Of a stretch of 63,716 bases of DNA, positions 50,671-62,647 are shown in pieces. The position numbers were made by a program, and so were the translations under genes. The stretch is from Fonticula alba ATCC 38817 (taxonomy: Eukaryota; Protista; Nucleariida), in assembly GCA_000388065.2 (NCBI GenBank), contig KB932202.1. One strand, written 5' to 3'. The notes below the pieces were generated by a model. The model searched no databases. It saw nothing but the letters and a program-made list of their open reading frames with translations, and had not been told where the DNA came from. The number at the start of each line of letters is the position of its first letter. Position 1 is the stretch's first letter.

Positions 50671-51455
50671 ATGTCTAATCAGAGCCAGGCGTCGTTGATT
50701 GTCAGCCGCCAGTTGCCGCCCGATCTCCGGCGCATCCGTGCTTGCACTGGCTGCAAGTTCCTCAACGTGCGTCCCCTCTAAATGGTGGCAGAAGAAGGCA
50801 ATTCCCCGTCGCACTTGCTCCCCCCCCCCCCCCCTCGATGCCCTTTTCCCCCCACTGACACCTACCTTGCATGGCCAGTCGCTGGACAACTTCAATGACT
50901 TTGGCTGCCCTAACTGCGGCCCCGGGGTGCCGATCACCCGGACATACACCGGGTGCGCTCCACTCTCCTCCCCCCCCCCCCCTCCCATCAGCCCTCCCTC
51001 TACCCACCTGCGCTCCTCCCTTCTATTGACACATTCACGCATCCACATGCGCACGCACGTGTGCACCTCCTTCCTTTCCTCGGGCCACCAGCACCCTCGC
51101 CATCACGAACCCCAATGTAAGCTGGGTCGCCAAGTGGAAGAACATCCGTGCGTGTATCCCCGCCCCCTACCCCTATCCCCCCCCCCTCCTGTTTGCTTTG
51201 CCCCGGCCAAGTATCCAGTCCATTGACCCGCTCCATGACGGTGCATGTGTGGCTGCCCCTCCCTGTTGGCATGTGCTCTATGGACCATGTACAGCCGCCA
51301 ATGCTGCCATCGGCCTCTACGCTCTTGAGATTGCGGCTCCCGTTGCCGGCGTGCGTCAGGAGAACGAGGAGGAGGATGAGTACTACGAGGATGACTATGA
51401 GGATGAGGAGGAGTTCGAAGCCGGTGGCCGCTATTACAGCGACGATGATCTTTGA
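50671..51455 (+). CDS. SPT4: Transcription elongation factor SPT4 with acidic C-terminal tail
   Basis: Spliced product LRRIRACTGCKFL..F..FGCPNC..TYTG.LAITNPNVSWVAKWKNI..GLYALEI. Zn-ribbon CxxC/CxxC and the SWVAKW signature; last exon 51295-51455. Confidence 0.88.
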
Positions 51456-51928
51456 GCACCCGAATGTCCCGCGCATGGGTGTATCCACTTTGCCTCTTTT
51501 TGTCTTGCGCAAGCACGCCCTCCAGCCCTGTCACCACCGTCACCCCACCTTTGTACACTAGACCCCCATGATACCAGTGCTCTCCTCCCCCCCCCCCCCC
51601 CTGTGCCTCCTAACCCTGATCCCCGCTCCTTCCGTTGATGGCGAGGTGAGAGAGAGAGGGAGAGATACCAGAGGGCAAAACAGCAGGCATGACCGACAGG
51701 CGATCAGGCAGCGTGGAGGCGATCGAACTGAGAAATGCATTTGCAGGGAGCTCGGAAACAGTGAACTCCGAAAGGAAAGCAGGAAATCGGAAGAGACGGA
51801 GTACTTTTGGCAAGACAACGAACACCATGGGCCCAAGTGTCGGGTGTGGAAATGACATAGAGAGAGAGAGAGAGAGAGGGGAGAGGGCGGGGAGGAGGAG
51901 GAGGGACACAGAGAGGGATGATAACCTC

Positions 51929-53149
51929 CTACCACTTGAGCTCTCCCGAGATGCGCCCCCAGACGGAGTCCGGCTCCCCGGGAGCGCTCATGACGCAGCA
52001 GTTGAGCGACACCCGCCAGCGCCCCTTCGTGTGGTTGACCCGATCATACAGACAAACCAGCGTATGAACGTGTGACCCGGCGGGGAAATCCTCATCGGAG
52101 TCGTCGGCGTCCGAGTCCTCATCATCATAGAAGTCGCCACCGGAAGGATCGGCCGCAGTGTCCGCGTCACCGTCCACCTGCTGCAGCTTCTCCGTGAGGA
52201 AGTCCTCAATCTGAGTGACCAGATCCTGTGTATGTCGGCGGATGAGGGGAGAAGGGGGGGGGGGGATGAGTCCTAATGCCCGGTGCAAAAAAGGCAGAAA
52301 AAGGGGGGAGAAAGGTGGACCGGAACCCAAAGGGAAAGGCCGAAGGGGGGCGTACCTTCCCCGGCTCGAGGCTGATCGTGGCCTTCCGGCTGGGAGCCGG
52401 GACAATGGCTGTGGTGGCTTCCGGGCCGGTCTGAGAAGCCAGGACCAGCTCGGCGATGGCAGCGTCACCATCGTTCTGGGGGATATTCTAGGCATCCGGT
52501 TCCAGGCAGGGAGAGGGCGGTGCCAAGAAGAGGGCAAAAAGCAATCCAACGGAGGAGGTGAGGAAGATAGGAAGGAGAGACGGGAGGGGTATGGGGGGGG
52601 GTGCTCGCTCCGGGCAGTGGGGGCGGAAACCTACCGAGTTGAGGGGGTGCGGCACCTGGTGGTGCAGGTAGTGTGCCTCAGAGGGCCCGGTCCCGGCGTC
52701 ATCACCATGGTCATGGGAGGACGCCACAATATGGGGGTTGATCATGGCCTGGTCCAATTTGTGGCTCCAGAGCTGGCGGGCCCGGAAGGCGAAGTGGTGG
52801 GACCATGTCAGCACCGGCCGAGAAAAAAGAAGAGACAAGAGGCCAAAGGCAAAGATGAGAGGGCCGGAGGCCAGCGCACCTCATGGAGCCGGCGCCAAGT
52901 GCCCTCATCGGGGACCTCGTGGCCAATGTCATTGCGGCTGGCAACGATCACGGCCTCCAGGACCTTGCGATAGAGGGGGAGCTTAAGCACGGAAGCCGGC
53001 AGGGCGGGGGAGGGGGGATAGAGTGAGATGGGCGGGGTGGGGGGGGGGGGGACGCCAGGCAGCGCGAAGCCAGGTTCCACCAACCGAGCAGGGACAGCAA
53101 GTGGAAATGGTGTCTGTATTGACGGGCGTAGTCGTACAACGTCGGCCAT
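51929..53149 (-). CDS. TOA1: General transcription factor TFIIA large subunit (alpha/beta; Toa1/GTF2A1)
   Basis: Exons 53149-53138, 52981-52880, 52772-52635, 52487-52356, 52225-51929. N-terminus LYRKVLEAVI..L.ELW..KL; QVDG followed by an acidic stretch; C-terminus LVCLYDRVNHTKGRWRV.L..C.M....GELKW. Confidence 0.88.
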
Positions 53150-53794
53150 GGTGTATGGAGTCGGGTTGGGAGAGGGCGATGGGGAGAGGAAGCAGGGAGA
53201 ACTGGGCTCGGGGCGGGAGGCAAAGCGAAGAGGCGAGGGCGAAGCAAAGGAAGAGGAAGGATGGTCTGGGAGGGGGGGAGGGGTGTTGCCAACGGGCCCC
53301 TTCCCAGTGGTCTTCTGGCAGGGTCGAAAAAAGCTCCCCCCCCNNNNNNNNNNNNNNNNNNNNNNNNNNNNNNNNNNNNNNNNNNNNNNNNNNNNNNNNN
53401 NNNNNNNNNNNNNNNNNNNNNNNNNNNNNNNNNNNNNNNNNNNNNNNNNNNNNNNNNNNNNNNNNNNNNNNNNNNNNNNNNNNNNNNNNNNNNNNNNNNN
53501 NNNNNNNNNNNNNNNNNNNNNNNNNNNNNNNNNNNNNNNNNNNNNNNNNNNNNNNNNNGGACATGCGACCGTGGGGGGGGGGGGGGGAAGGGCGGGGCCC
53601 TGCGGCAGCAATAGCGAAAGAGAACGGGCGCGACCGAGCAGGCTCGGGCACGTCTTTTCGTTGGCACCACCCGCCCTTGAGCTGACACCCCCTTCTCTGT
53701 GATGCCGCCCCACACCTCTCTCTAACTCCCACCCCCCCCCCCCCCGGGCAAGAGGGGGGCAAAAATGTTCCAAGCGAAGGAATCAAAAGGAACT

Positions 53795-53868
53795 TGGCCC
53801 CAGCCAGGATCGAACTGACGACCTTCGCGTTATTAGCACGACGCTCTAACCAACTGAGCTATGGGGCC
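53795..53868 (-). tRNA. tRNA-Ile (anticodon AAT)
   Basis: Reverse complement GGCCCCATAGCTCAGTTGGTTAGAGCGTCGTGCTAATAACGCGAAGGTCGTCAGTTCGATCCTGGCTGGGGCCA. 7-bp acceptor stem, A and B boxes, CT-AAT-AA loop, downstream TTTT Pol III terminator. Confidence 0.97.
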
Positions 53869-53974
53869 TTGTACTTACGGTGCTGGCGACCCATGATATC
53901 TTGCTCGCAAGGAGGCCGGGCGACATTGTCATAGCCGCTTCCATGAACACCCACCCAGACACCTAGACGCACAG

Positions 53975-54005
<31 letters not shown>

Positions 54006-54337
54006 TGGCTGGCCAAGGGCCAAGACAGGAAGAGGAACAAAATTGCGCTTCAAGTGTTTGATCTATTACGTATACGCGGAGCGCACGCAGCCATCACACC
54101 ACCATCGACGTGGGGCAAGGGGGGAAATGGACGATGGGCGGGGAGGGGGAGGAGGCGCGGCATGAAGGGAGGGACTGAAAGGAAGGCAGGCGAAAGGAGA
54201 TGGGCGGGTGAAAGAATGCTGCGTGCAGGGGCCGGGGGAGGGGAAGAATGCACAACACGTCCGGCCCCCCAAAAAGGACATGGCCACGCCGCCGTCAGAG
54301 CGGCGGACAAGCCCCCAGGGGAACACAGGGAAGAGAC

Positions 54338-56043
54338 TTACATGCCGCCAAGACTCAGACCGAAGCCGAACTGCGAAGTGTTCTTGACATAGTCAAGCTG
54401 ACCGGCCAGGTGAATGTTGAAGACGTTGGGGATGACACGCTCCTCGAAGTGGACACCCAGGCGACCGGCAGTGTCGAGCTGCGCGCGGATGGTGTTGGCT
54501 TGGAGGTTGACCCGAATGCCGAAGGTGCAGACGGCGGCCTTCTCAGCGACGCTGAGCTCCAGCTCGGAACCAGCCTGGACAAGGGGAGTCACCTGCAAGA
54601 GGCAAGAGCCAAAGGGTTGAAGGAATACTCGATGGGTCAGACAGGGAAGGGAGGAGGAGCGGGAAGGGAGGAGGAGCGGGAAGAAAGGAGTGCAAGAGAG
54701 GGAGAGAGAGAGAGAGAGAAAGAGAAGGAGCGACAGCGTACCTGCTGGAAGTAAGAAAACTGGGACTTAGCGGCCGAAAGGGTGGCGATACCAACGTGGT
54801 TGCCGGCAGCATGACGAGCCACCAGGGTCATGGACGAATCAACACGAGGGCCGGTCATCATGGCAGTACCCTCCATACCGAGAGCCAGGGAAGGAGTCAC
54901 CTTCTGCAGGTAGTTGTACACAACGATGCCAGTCATATCGAGGGGCTGTGTACCAGAAGGGGCGCGCATGGAGACAGGGAACGAGAGGGCGAGGGGGGGA
55001 GGAGGCGGAGACGGAGGCAAAGAGAATGCACGTCAGCTACCAGGGAGCACACGACCTAACAAGGCCAAATGAAAAGAGAGGTGTCCGGGAGCGTGGAGGG
55101 TGGGGCGAGGGAACGAGGATAAAAGAGGACTCCCCTCTGTACGCCACTCTGGGGGGGGGGGGGAGGGGGGGAGAGACGAATTGGGCACAGGAGACCGGGC
55201 CGGCAGAAGGGCGGCGGGGGTGGGGAGACGCACGTTCGGCTGGTAGACACGGACGGCACCGCTGCTGTCCTTGCCCATGTAGTCCGCCTCAAGGGAGTGG
55301 GCTGAGCCATCCTTGCTAGTCTGGAAGGTGGCCTTGGCGGTGATGGCGGGGTTCAGAGAGTAGTGCACGCGGCCATTGAAAGCCTTGGAGCCGGTGTCGA
55401 AATCGCCCATGAGGAAGAGGCGCTGGTTGGACGAACGGACACAGGGGATACATGTTAGTGGAACGCTGCGGAGGACGGCCGCACAGGCAGCTGGAGGAAG
55501 AAGAGAGGCGAGTCGCACCTCATTGGGGACAAGCATCGAGCCGAGGGAGTACGACTGAGGCGCAGTCTGGGAACCGAGGCGCAGACGATGCATGACCTGG
55601 AGGTTCGGGGTCATGCCCTTGGCGATCTCGACCTTGAAGCCGTCGAAGAAGAAGGACGAAGCGAGGACCTCTGTGGTTGGTAGGTGGGTAGGTAGGTAGG
55701 GAGGAGGAGGAGGAGAGATAGAGGGGGGAGGGGGAGAACGAGTCGGTAAGAAGGAGAGCGGAGAGTGGGGGAGTCGAGCATCGAGAAGGGGAGAGGGGCG
55801 AGGAAAGGGAGAGGAAGAGAGAAAGAGAGAGGAGAAGACGAGCCAGGCAGGGGGGCGGGGAGGGGGAGGGGAAAGAGGCGACATACCGCGAACCTCGCGA
55901 CCGAGAGTGTCAAAGCTACCCGGGTGCTGGGAGCGCTCCATGACATCCGGCGCCAGCAGAGACTCGGTCTGGGGAGCGGGGGGGGCGGCAGCGGCAACAG
56001 CCTCAGGGGCGGCAGCAACAGGGGCGACGGCAGAATCCGACAT
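54338..56043 (-). CDS. TOM40: Mitochondrial outer membrane translocase TOM40
   Basis: Five exons. HPGSFDTLGREVR, FFFDGFKVEIAK, LQVMHRLRLG, LMGDFD..FNGR, LEADYMGKD, GIVVYNYLQKVTPSLALG, RAQLDT.GR, GQLDY..FGFGLSLG. Beta-barrel Tom40 pattern. Confidence 0.9.
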
Positions 56044-56248
56044 GACTACAGAGGTCCCCTGCAGCGGGAGGGAGAAAGAGGGGGGGGGGGGGGGAAGGAA
56101 GAGACACAGACGAGGAGCCCAAAATGGGGAGGATGGTCAGAGGGGGGAGGCGAAGAAGAGAATATGAGGGTGGGAGAAAGAGCAGAGAGCGGGGATAGCA
56201 AGGAGGTAACGCCAAACGACACGGGAAGCGAGGCGCCCGAGGAAGGGG

Positions 56249-56295
<47 letters not shown>

Positions 56296-58687
56296 AGGGA
56301 GAGGGTGGGCAGGAGGATTCAGGAAAGAAAAAGGGGAGGGGGGCGAAAGGGGCACTAACAATCTTCAAATGAACGGCGTCGAGAGAGGAGGGAGAGGGGT
56401 GCCAGGGGGCCGGGGCCGGCGGGGCGCGAGCACCAGCCTCTTCTCTCCTCAGCAACCGGTCCGAAGGGCGGCGCATGGCTGGAGGCGGGGCGGCGGGGCG
56501 GAGTCGAGGACACCCCTCCAACCCAGGGGAAAACACCGAAGGCCAGCGGACCTTTCGGCCGCGGCAGCGAGCACCACTGCCCCGTTCCAGGCACGCACAC
56601 ACACAGGATGTACCACAAGGCAACAGGGTCGGGAGAAGGGCACGGCACGTGCCCCCCCCCCCCCCCCCGCCTCTGCGGCAGCCACGCCTCTGTCTCAGAC
56701 GCAGGTTACTCTCGGGAGAGGGAGGAGGGACACCATTGGCGGTATCCTGCCTGAGTCAGAAATAAGGGCATTTGAAAAGGCTGGCACATCCCACCTTGTT
56801 TGTGGCCATGCCCCCGCCCCCGCCCCCCCTCGCCCCTCTTACTCAGAGAACCGCGCGAGGTCAGGACCAGGGGCCAGCGAGGGCGGGCCAGCCACAGTAA
56901 CGACCGGGAACAGCGTGCCCGATTTCAGAACCAACCTCGGCCATGGGTTGGTCGCGCAGGCTCCCTGGGGCATTCTGGGAGGGGCATTCTCCCAAGGCCG
57001 GCCCTTTAGCTCGAACCCTACTATATGTAGTATGGGAGTGCTGGTGTCGTGCTCCGGAGTCGGGGTATGATGTGCAAGCGATCCGGCTGCAGGTGGTGAT
57101 CCCGCAGCGCCGGGCCTGGTCACGACGCAGGGTCAGGCGCCGGGCCGGAGCATATCGTTAACTGCCAGCGGGTCAGCTCGATGTCCCTGCAGCCCACAAT
57201 CCCTTGGCGAGGCCGGACTCGGCTCCGGCGGCCAGACACCGGGGGGGGGGGGGGACGGCATTCCATGGTCCGCCGATCGGTACGTTTAGATCACCACTCG
57301 CGCCTGTCCGGCCAATGAGCAGGGGGCATAGCCCACGCTGGATTCGGCCGAGGGGCCGAAATCTTTGCGTGCGCGCGCGTCTAAGCATGCGGCTCCGTCC
57401 CTCCTGTGGCCCTCGCCCATGGTGGTCCTGGGCGTGCGCAACCCCCCCCCCCCCGCTCTCAGTGGCCTCGTCCAACAGATGGCCGCCCTTGCGGCTGTGC
57501 CCAGGTCCCCTGTCCGGAGGCCGACCAAGGGCCTGTGCGATACGATGTGCTGGCTTTGGGGCCTGACCCATACAAGTGGCAATAAACTGGGCCACTGTGC
57601 ACTCTGATCGTGGTGCGGGGCAGCTGGGCAGGCCTTGTCGTCGTGTGGGAGCCACCTCACCGCCGCACGTCCGACCTCGAGCAACAGCACCCGCATCTCC
57701 GTAGAGGCGTGTCTTATGGAGGGCGCGCGTCCGCCGGGAAAGCAAATGCCTGGATGCTGGCATCCCTAGGGGAGGGGGCGGGAGGGGNNNNNNNNNNNNN
57801 NNNNNNNNNNNNNNNNNNNNNNNGGGGGCGGGGGAGTCGGAAAGGGGTAGTGTGGTTGCTCCCCGGGGCTATGTCCGGGGCAGGGCATCCATCGCGCCTG
57901 GCGGCCATTCGCTTGCCATCCCAAACACCCCGGACTATTAATTTCCTGACTCACTTCAGGGGGAAAGGGCGGGAAGGAAAACTGGGTGCCCTTTTAGGGA
58001 GCGCCGCCGGGGTCGGAAGGCGCAGGCCGTGGCCAAGTAGGGGTCCAAGGTGTCGTTCTACAGGTGCGCTGGAATGCGGGCACCAGCGGCTCATGCGCCA
58101 GCCAGCCACTCGGAACATCTCAATGCTCTCGCCAACGCCGATGTCACCCCCAGGGAGACACCACTTGGCGAAGCCGCAGGCTGCCGGATCGCCCCCCTCC
58201 CCCCTCCTCTCCAAATGGTGTGGGCCTCACCCCCGATCGTTGTTCGGGCTGAGGGCATGAGGAATCCTTCGTTGGGACTCCTCTCCTGTGGTGTGGGCGC
58301 CGGCCCGGGGCGGGCCGACGCGCTATCTCGCCCTCCTGCCCGGGCAGAGGCCAGGGCAGGGCCAATGGGCATGGAGGATGGGGACCCAGGGATGGGACGC
58401 CGGCAGGGAGGAGAAACGGCTGACATCGGACAGAGCTCCCCTCCGGATCGTCTCGCCAGCCTTGAACCCGGGCCAAGGGGCGAGGGCCATCGAGTCTCCC
58501 GCTGGCGAAGCAGAAGAGGTACTGTCGATGTGCCAGGTGCAGAAGGCACCCCGGCATTGAGATCACCCGCTTCCCTCCACTCCTCCTCGTGCCCGCCTCG
58601 CGACTACCTCCCTTGCCACTCTCCCTGCCATTCGCGCTCCCTTGGACACTACCCGATTTGCCTGCTCCCCACACCGAGCGCGACACC

Positions 58688-61039
58688 ATGTCAGCCTTGA
58701 AGCGCGCGGCTCGTCGGCTTGGCGTGTCAAGCCAGCGCTACGGCTGTGCGTCCGGCCACTTCCCCTCCCTTTCGCCCGCTCGGGGCCACGGCTCATCCTC
58801 GGGGCCGACTATGACCCTGCTGCCCACTCGCCCGTGCTCGCCTCTCGCCCTCTCGCTGCCTCTTCTAACATGCCATCCTGGCCCCATCGCGCCCTCGATG
58901 CGCGGAATGCCCCCCGGGTGGGGGAACCGCCGCCCAACTCCAGCCTTTGATGAGGAAAAGCTCTCGCCCGAGGCACTTCTCTCTGGTGAGGGGAAGATCT
59001 TTGACATTGCTGTGCGTCCCCCCCCCCCCTCCCCCGCCCCCCGATGCTGCCAAACACCACGGCGACCCTCCCTCTGACGCCTTGAAACTGGCCCGAAATT
59101 CCAGCACATCTCGCGCAATGACCAGACCTTCACTCCGGAAATCATGTCGAAAAAGTCGGCCAATGGCCAAGACGTGCTCCCCTCCTTCCAGGTGAGGCTC
59201 AGCACCGAGGGTGTTGCCATCATGTCATACGACCTGAATGACGTTAATGTCCGTGCGGACCTTTTCCCCTGGCTGGCTGGGCATGGGGCCCGGCAGTCCC
59301 AGTCCCCTCCATTGTAAGACAGCTGACAGGATGCTTGCCTGCTCGCGCTTGCGCACTTTCCTCCCAGGATGGACATCGTGTTGAGCGATCCTTCAGCCTT
59401 CGAGTGGTCCATTCATTTGGGCTGCAGCTCCCCCGCACCAAGATGGAGCGGAAGATGGCCCTGCCACGCATCCGCATCAAGTGCCGCGGGTCGGAACTCT
59501 GGGAATTCGAGGGTGCCGAGGTTCGTTTGCAGGCACATGTAGACCCCCGACCCGGTGCCGGGTCTCCCGTCGCTGAGTGTCCCCCTTCCCCGCTCCCACC
59601 CCCTGCTCACCTGGTTCCCCATCCTCCTCGGGCGTGTTGTCGCCGGGGCGGGGGAGGGCCGCTTGCCCCTCCAGGCCCCGGACATCTACAAGACCCTTCA
59701 CCTGTGTATTGAGCTTCTCAAGCGGGAGCTAACCCAGAGTGGCGAGATCTTCCAATACCAACCAGCAGTCTCGCTGCGTGACGATGGCCGCTTTGAGGAA
59801 GACAACTCCCCGGGCGGGCGCATGCGTCGATCTCGCAGCATGAACAGCTACCGGGCCGGCCCGGCTCCGGGCGGGGCCGACTTCGCCATGGGCCATGATC
59901 GCGCCGGGTCGGACATGGCCGGCACCAGCGTCGAGCCAAACACCCCGGAAGCCGGCGCCCGACTGGTGACGGTCCAGCACTCGACCTCGGCGACCCTGGG
60001 GCCCGGAAGCCCGGGGGCCCTCCCCCGGAGTGGCAGTCACCCGCATTTGTCGCAGTCTGCCACATGGACCGGGGCCCCGGGGCCCGGCGAGGCCTTCCCA
60101 ACGTTGGAGCCCCCGCGCCCGGCTTCGGCCGCGTCCGGGGTCGGCTTGCGTCGGTCACACACCCTGCGAGTGGCTGGCGACGCGGCGGGCTTCGGCGCGG
60201 CTGCCATGTCCCCCGGCACACCGCCGCCCTCTTCGGGGATGATTCGCAGTGGTAGCGCACACTTCCCGGCGGCCGTGGCCGGGGCGCCGCATGCGCCGTC
60301 GCCCGTCCATCCGGTCTCAATGGAACTAACCCCCTGGGCACAGGCCATGCCGGCTACTCCGGTGGCCGCCGCACCAGCCCAGGCCATCCAGCCATGCCCG
60401 GGCATCCCGGCGGCCTTCGGCCAGGTGACCACCGCGCCGACGTCACCGCGGCGCGAGCTTTGGGAAGAGGTCTTCCAGGAGGTGACCAGTGTCCCGACAG
60501 CGGCAGGCCCGGTCCCGGCGGCTGCTGGCCTCGGGCACCCGGGCGCCGGGCCGGCAACTGACGGAGCCCCGGGCGGCCGGCGAGCCGGCATTCAGCCAAC
60601 TGCCACCCCTACTTCGTTGCAATCCGCCACCGGGGTCCCGGCCACCGGGTATGTCCTGCCGGCGGGGCTTTGCCATGCTGCGCCGGATCCCTTCGCCAGC
60701 ATGCCAGTTGCCGGTGCGGGGGCGCCAGCCGCCAGCAGCACGGCCTCCCGGCTCCGGCCCGACGCCTTTCCCGTGGGCCCAGGCTTGACTGTTCCCGTGG
60801 TCCAGGCGCCGGTGTTGATGCACCAGCCGCAATATCTGCCACCCTCGGCCACGGGGGGGGCAATGCAACCGCCTCGGCACTTCGGCGGGGCGCCTGCCGG
60901 GGGAGGAGATCCCTTTGCCGCTGCTTGGTCCGGGCCGGCCGAGCCGCCGTGTCAAACCTCCGACCCTTTCCTCGTGACGCCGGCTCAGCCGCCCGCCCAG
61001 TCGGGAGGCGTCAGTGCATCGGCAAATTGGTGGGACTGA
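58688..61039 (+). CDS. PTB/PH-like domain protein with long Pro/Ala-rich tail bearing DPF motifs (putative endocytic adaptor)
   Basis: Exons 58688-58745, 58944-59011, 59105-59248, 59368-59520, 59675-61039 stay in frame (595 aa). N-terminal beta-rich domain ends in a helix (APDIYKTLHLCIELL); three DPF motifs in the tail. The exon 3 donor (GTCCGT) is weak. Confidence 0.68.
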
Positions 61040-62608
61040 CCAATTCCATGGGCATCCACCCGGCCGGGAATTGGCCGCCCGAGAGTGTGTGTGTGTGTGT
61101 GTGTGTGTGTCTGTGTGCGTGTGTGTCCATGGCCACGAGTGTTTTCGGTGCCCCGCGGCCGCTCCTTTGTCAGGGCGCATCAAAGAGGGTTGCTTGGGCA
61201 GGTGTGGGCTACACAGGCATAAGGGAGACAAGCGACAATCCAAGGCAGAACGCCTACTGTGGAAAAAAAAGGCTGTTCCCTTGTACAAACACACACACAC
61301 ACACACACACACACAAGGCCTTGTCGCGCACCTTCCCTTTCCCGGGAAATAGAAAATCACCGCCCCCAACACATTGTGGGCGAGGAGTTCCTCGTATGAT
61401 CATGCTCCAAAAATATACGTGACACGATTTTGGACGCGTGATTGGGGAGCCGACTGCTCTTAACGGAGCCAGGGCACCCTGCGCCCCGACCGAGCCGCGA
61501 GGGCCCACCGACCCGCACAAAAGTGGAGATCTCTCGGGGGGAGGGGGGGGGCGGGGGCGTTTAGACTCCAGCTGATGGGCCGCAGGGGCCGGCGACCGGC
61601 GGGAGATGAAGTGCCGGCGTGCCGGGCGGGCGCCTCTGTCCCAGCCTGGCAGCTCTCTCGGCGGGGGGGGGGGGGAGGGGGCGGGACTCCTCCAAGGCCC
61701 TGACCCGTGGGAGGAGGCCTGCGCCTTGCGCCTCGGCGCCGCCCACGCACGACACCCTCGCCCAGGCCCCAACCGGAGTGATGACTCGGCAAAGCGTCTG
61801 TGTCTCCGGCGGAAACCCCCCGGGGGGGGGGGGCGACGCGCGCCGCGCACATTTTCACGTCCCGCTCTTCCCGGGCACCGTCCCCCGCGCCCGGGTGTCC
61901 TCGGGCTGATGCCCACCCTGCGGCCGCCCCCCCCCCCCCCCCCGGGGGGGGGCAGGACAGGCGCGCCGTCACCCACCAGCTTTCCCCCTGGGCTCGCGGA
62001 CCCTCGGGGAAAAATCGAAAAAAAGGCACCCATCCGGCGGCAAAGGCCATGGCTGCTCCAACTTTCCCGGCCTGCATCCAACCCCACCTCAACACGTGTG
62101 GCCGAGCCGGCCAGACGGCCAGGGCGGGAAAAGGCCCCGCCGGGGCCCGAATCCCCCCGCCGACCGGTGTATACGCGCGGCTTTGGGGTTGAGGCGCCCC
62201 GATCGCCCCCCTCCGGGGCACGGGCAATGGGGGGGGGGGGCCTCCTACCATGCACCCGAGTGTGCGTGTGTGCATATGTTGTGCGCGAGCGCGTGCGTGT
62301 GTGTATTCCCGGAGGAGGCAGGGGGTCCCAAGGTCGCGAAATACAGGCAGAGGGCAGAAAAATGGGCGTGCCTCGCAGGGGAGGTGCTTCGCGCGCGGGC
62401 GCGCGCCGGCCTGGTGCCATCGGACGATCTCGCATACGGGAGGAAGGGGGTCAGTCGTGCCTTTTCGCGGTCCCCCCACCCCCACGCCCGACGGCGGGGA
62501 CACGCCCGACGGCGTGCGGGTGAGGCCAAAAATCTCAAACTTGAATGTTCGGCGGAATATATAATCCTTGAATATGGTGCCCATGCCGAGGAGCGCACTC
62601 TCTCCTTT

Positions 62609-62647
<39 letters not shown>

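Noticed and set aside
51207-51240. Extra SPT4 exon (IQSIDPLHD)
   Set aside because: Phase fits poorly with the strong upstream donor; direct splicing to 51295 gives the expected KW..I-x(5-6)-GxYA spacing.
1232-57823. Ten N-gaps and the long X-containing ORFs spanning them
   Set aside because: Assembly gaps, mostly beside poly-G/C runs; ORFs crossing them are artefacts.
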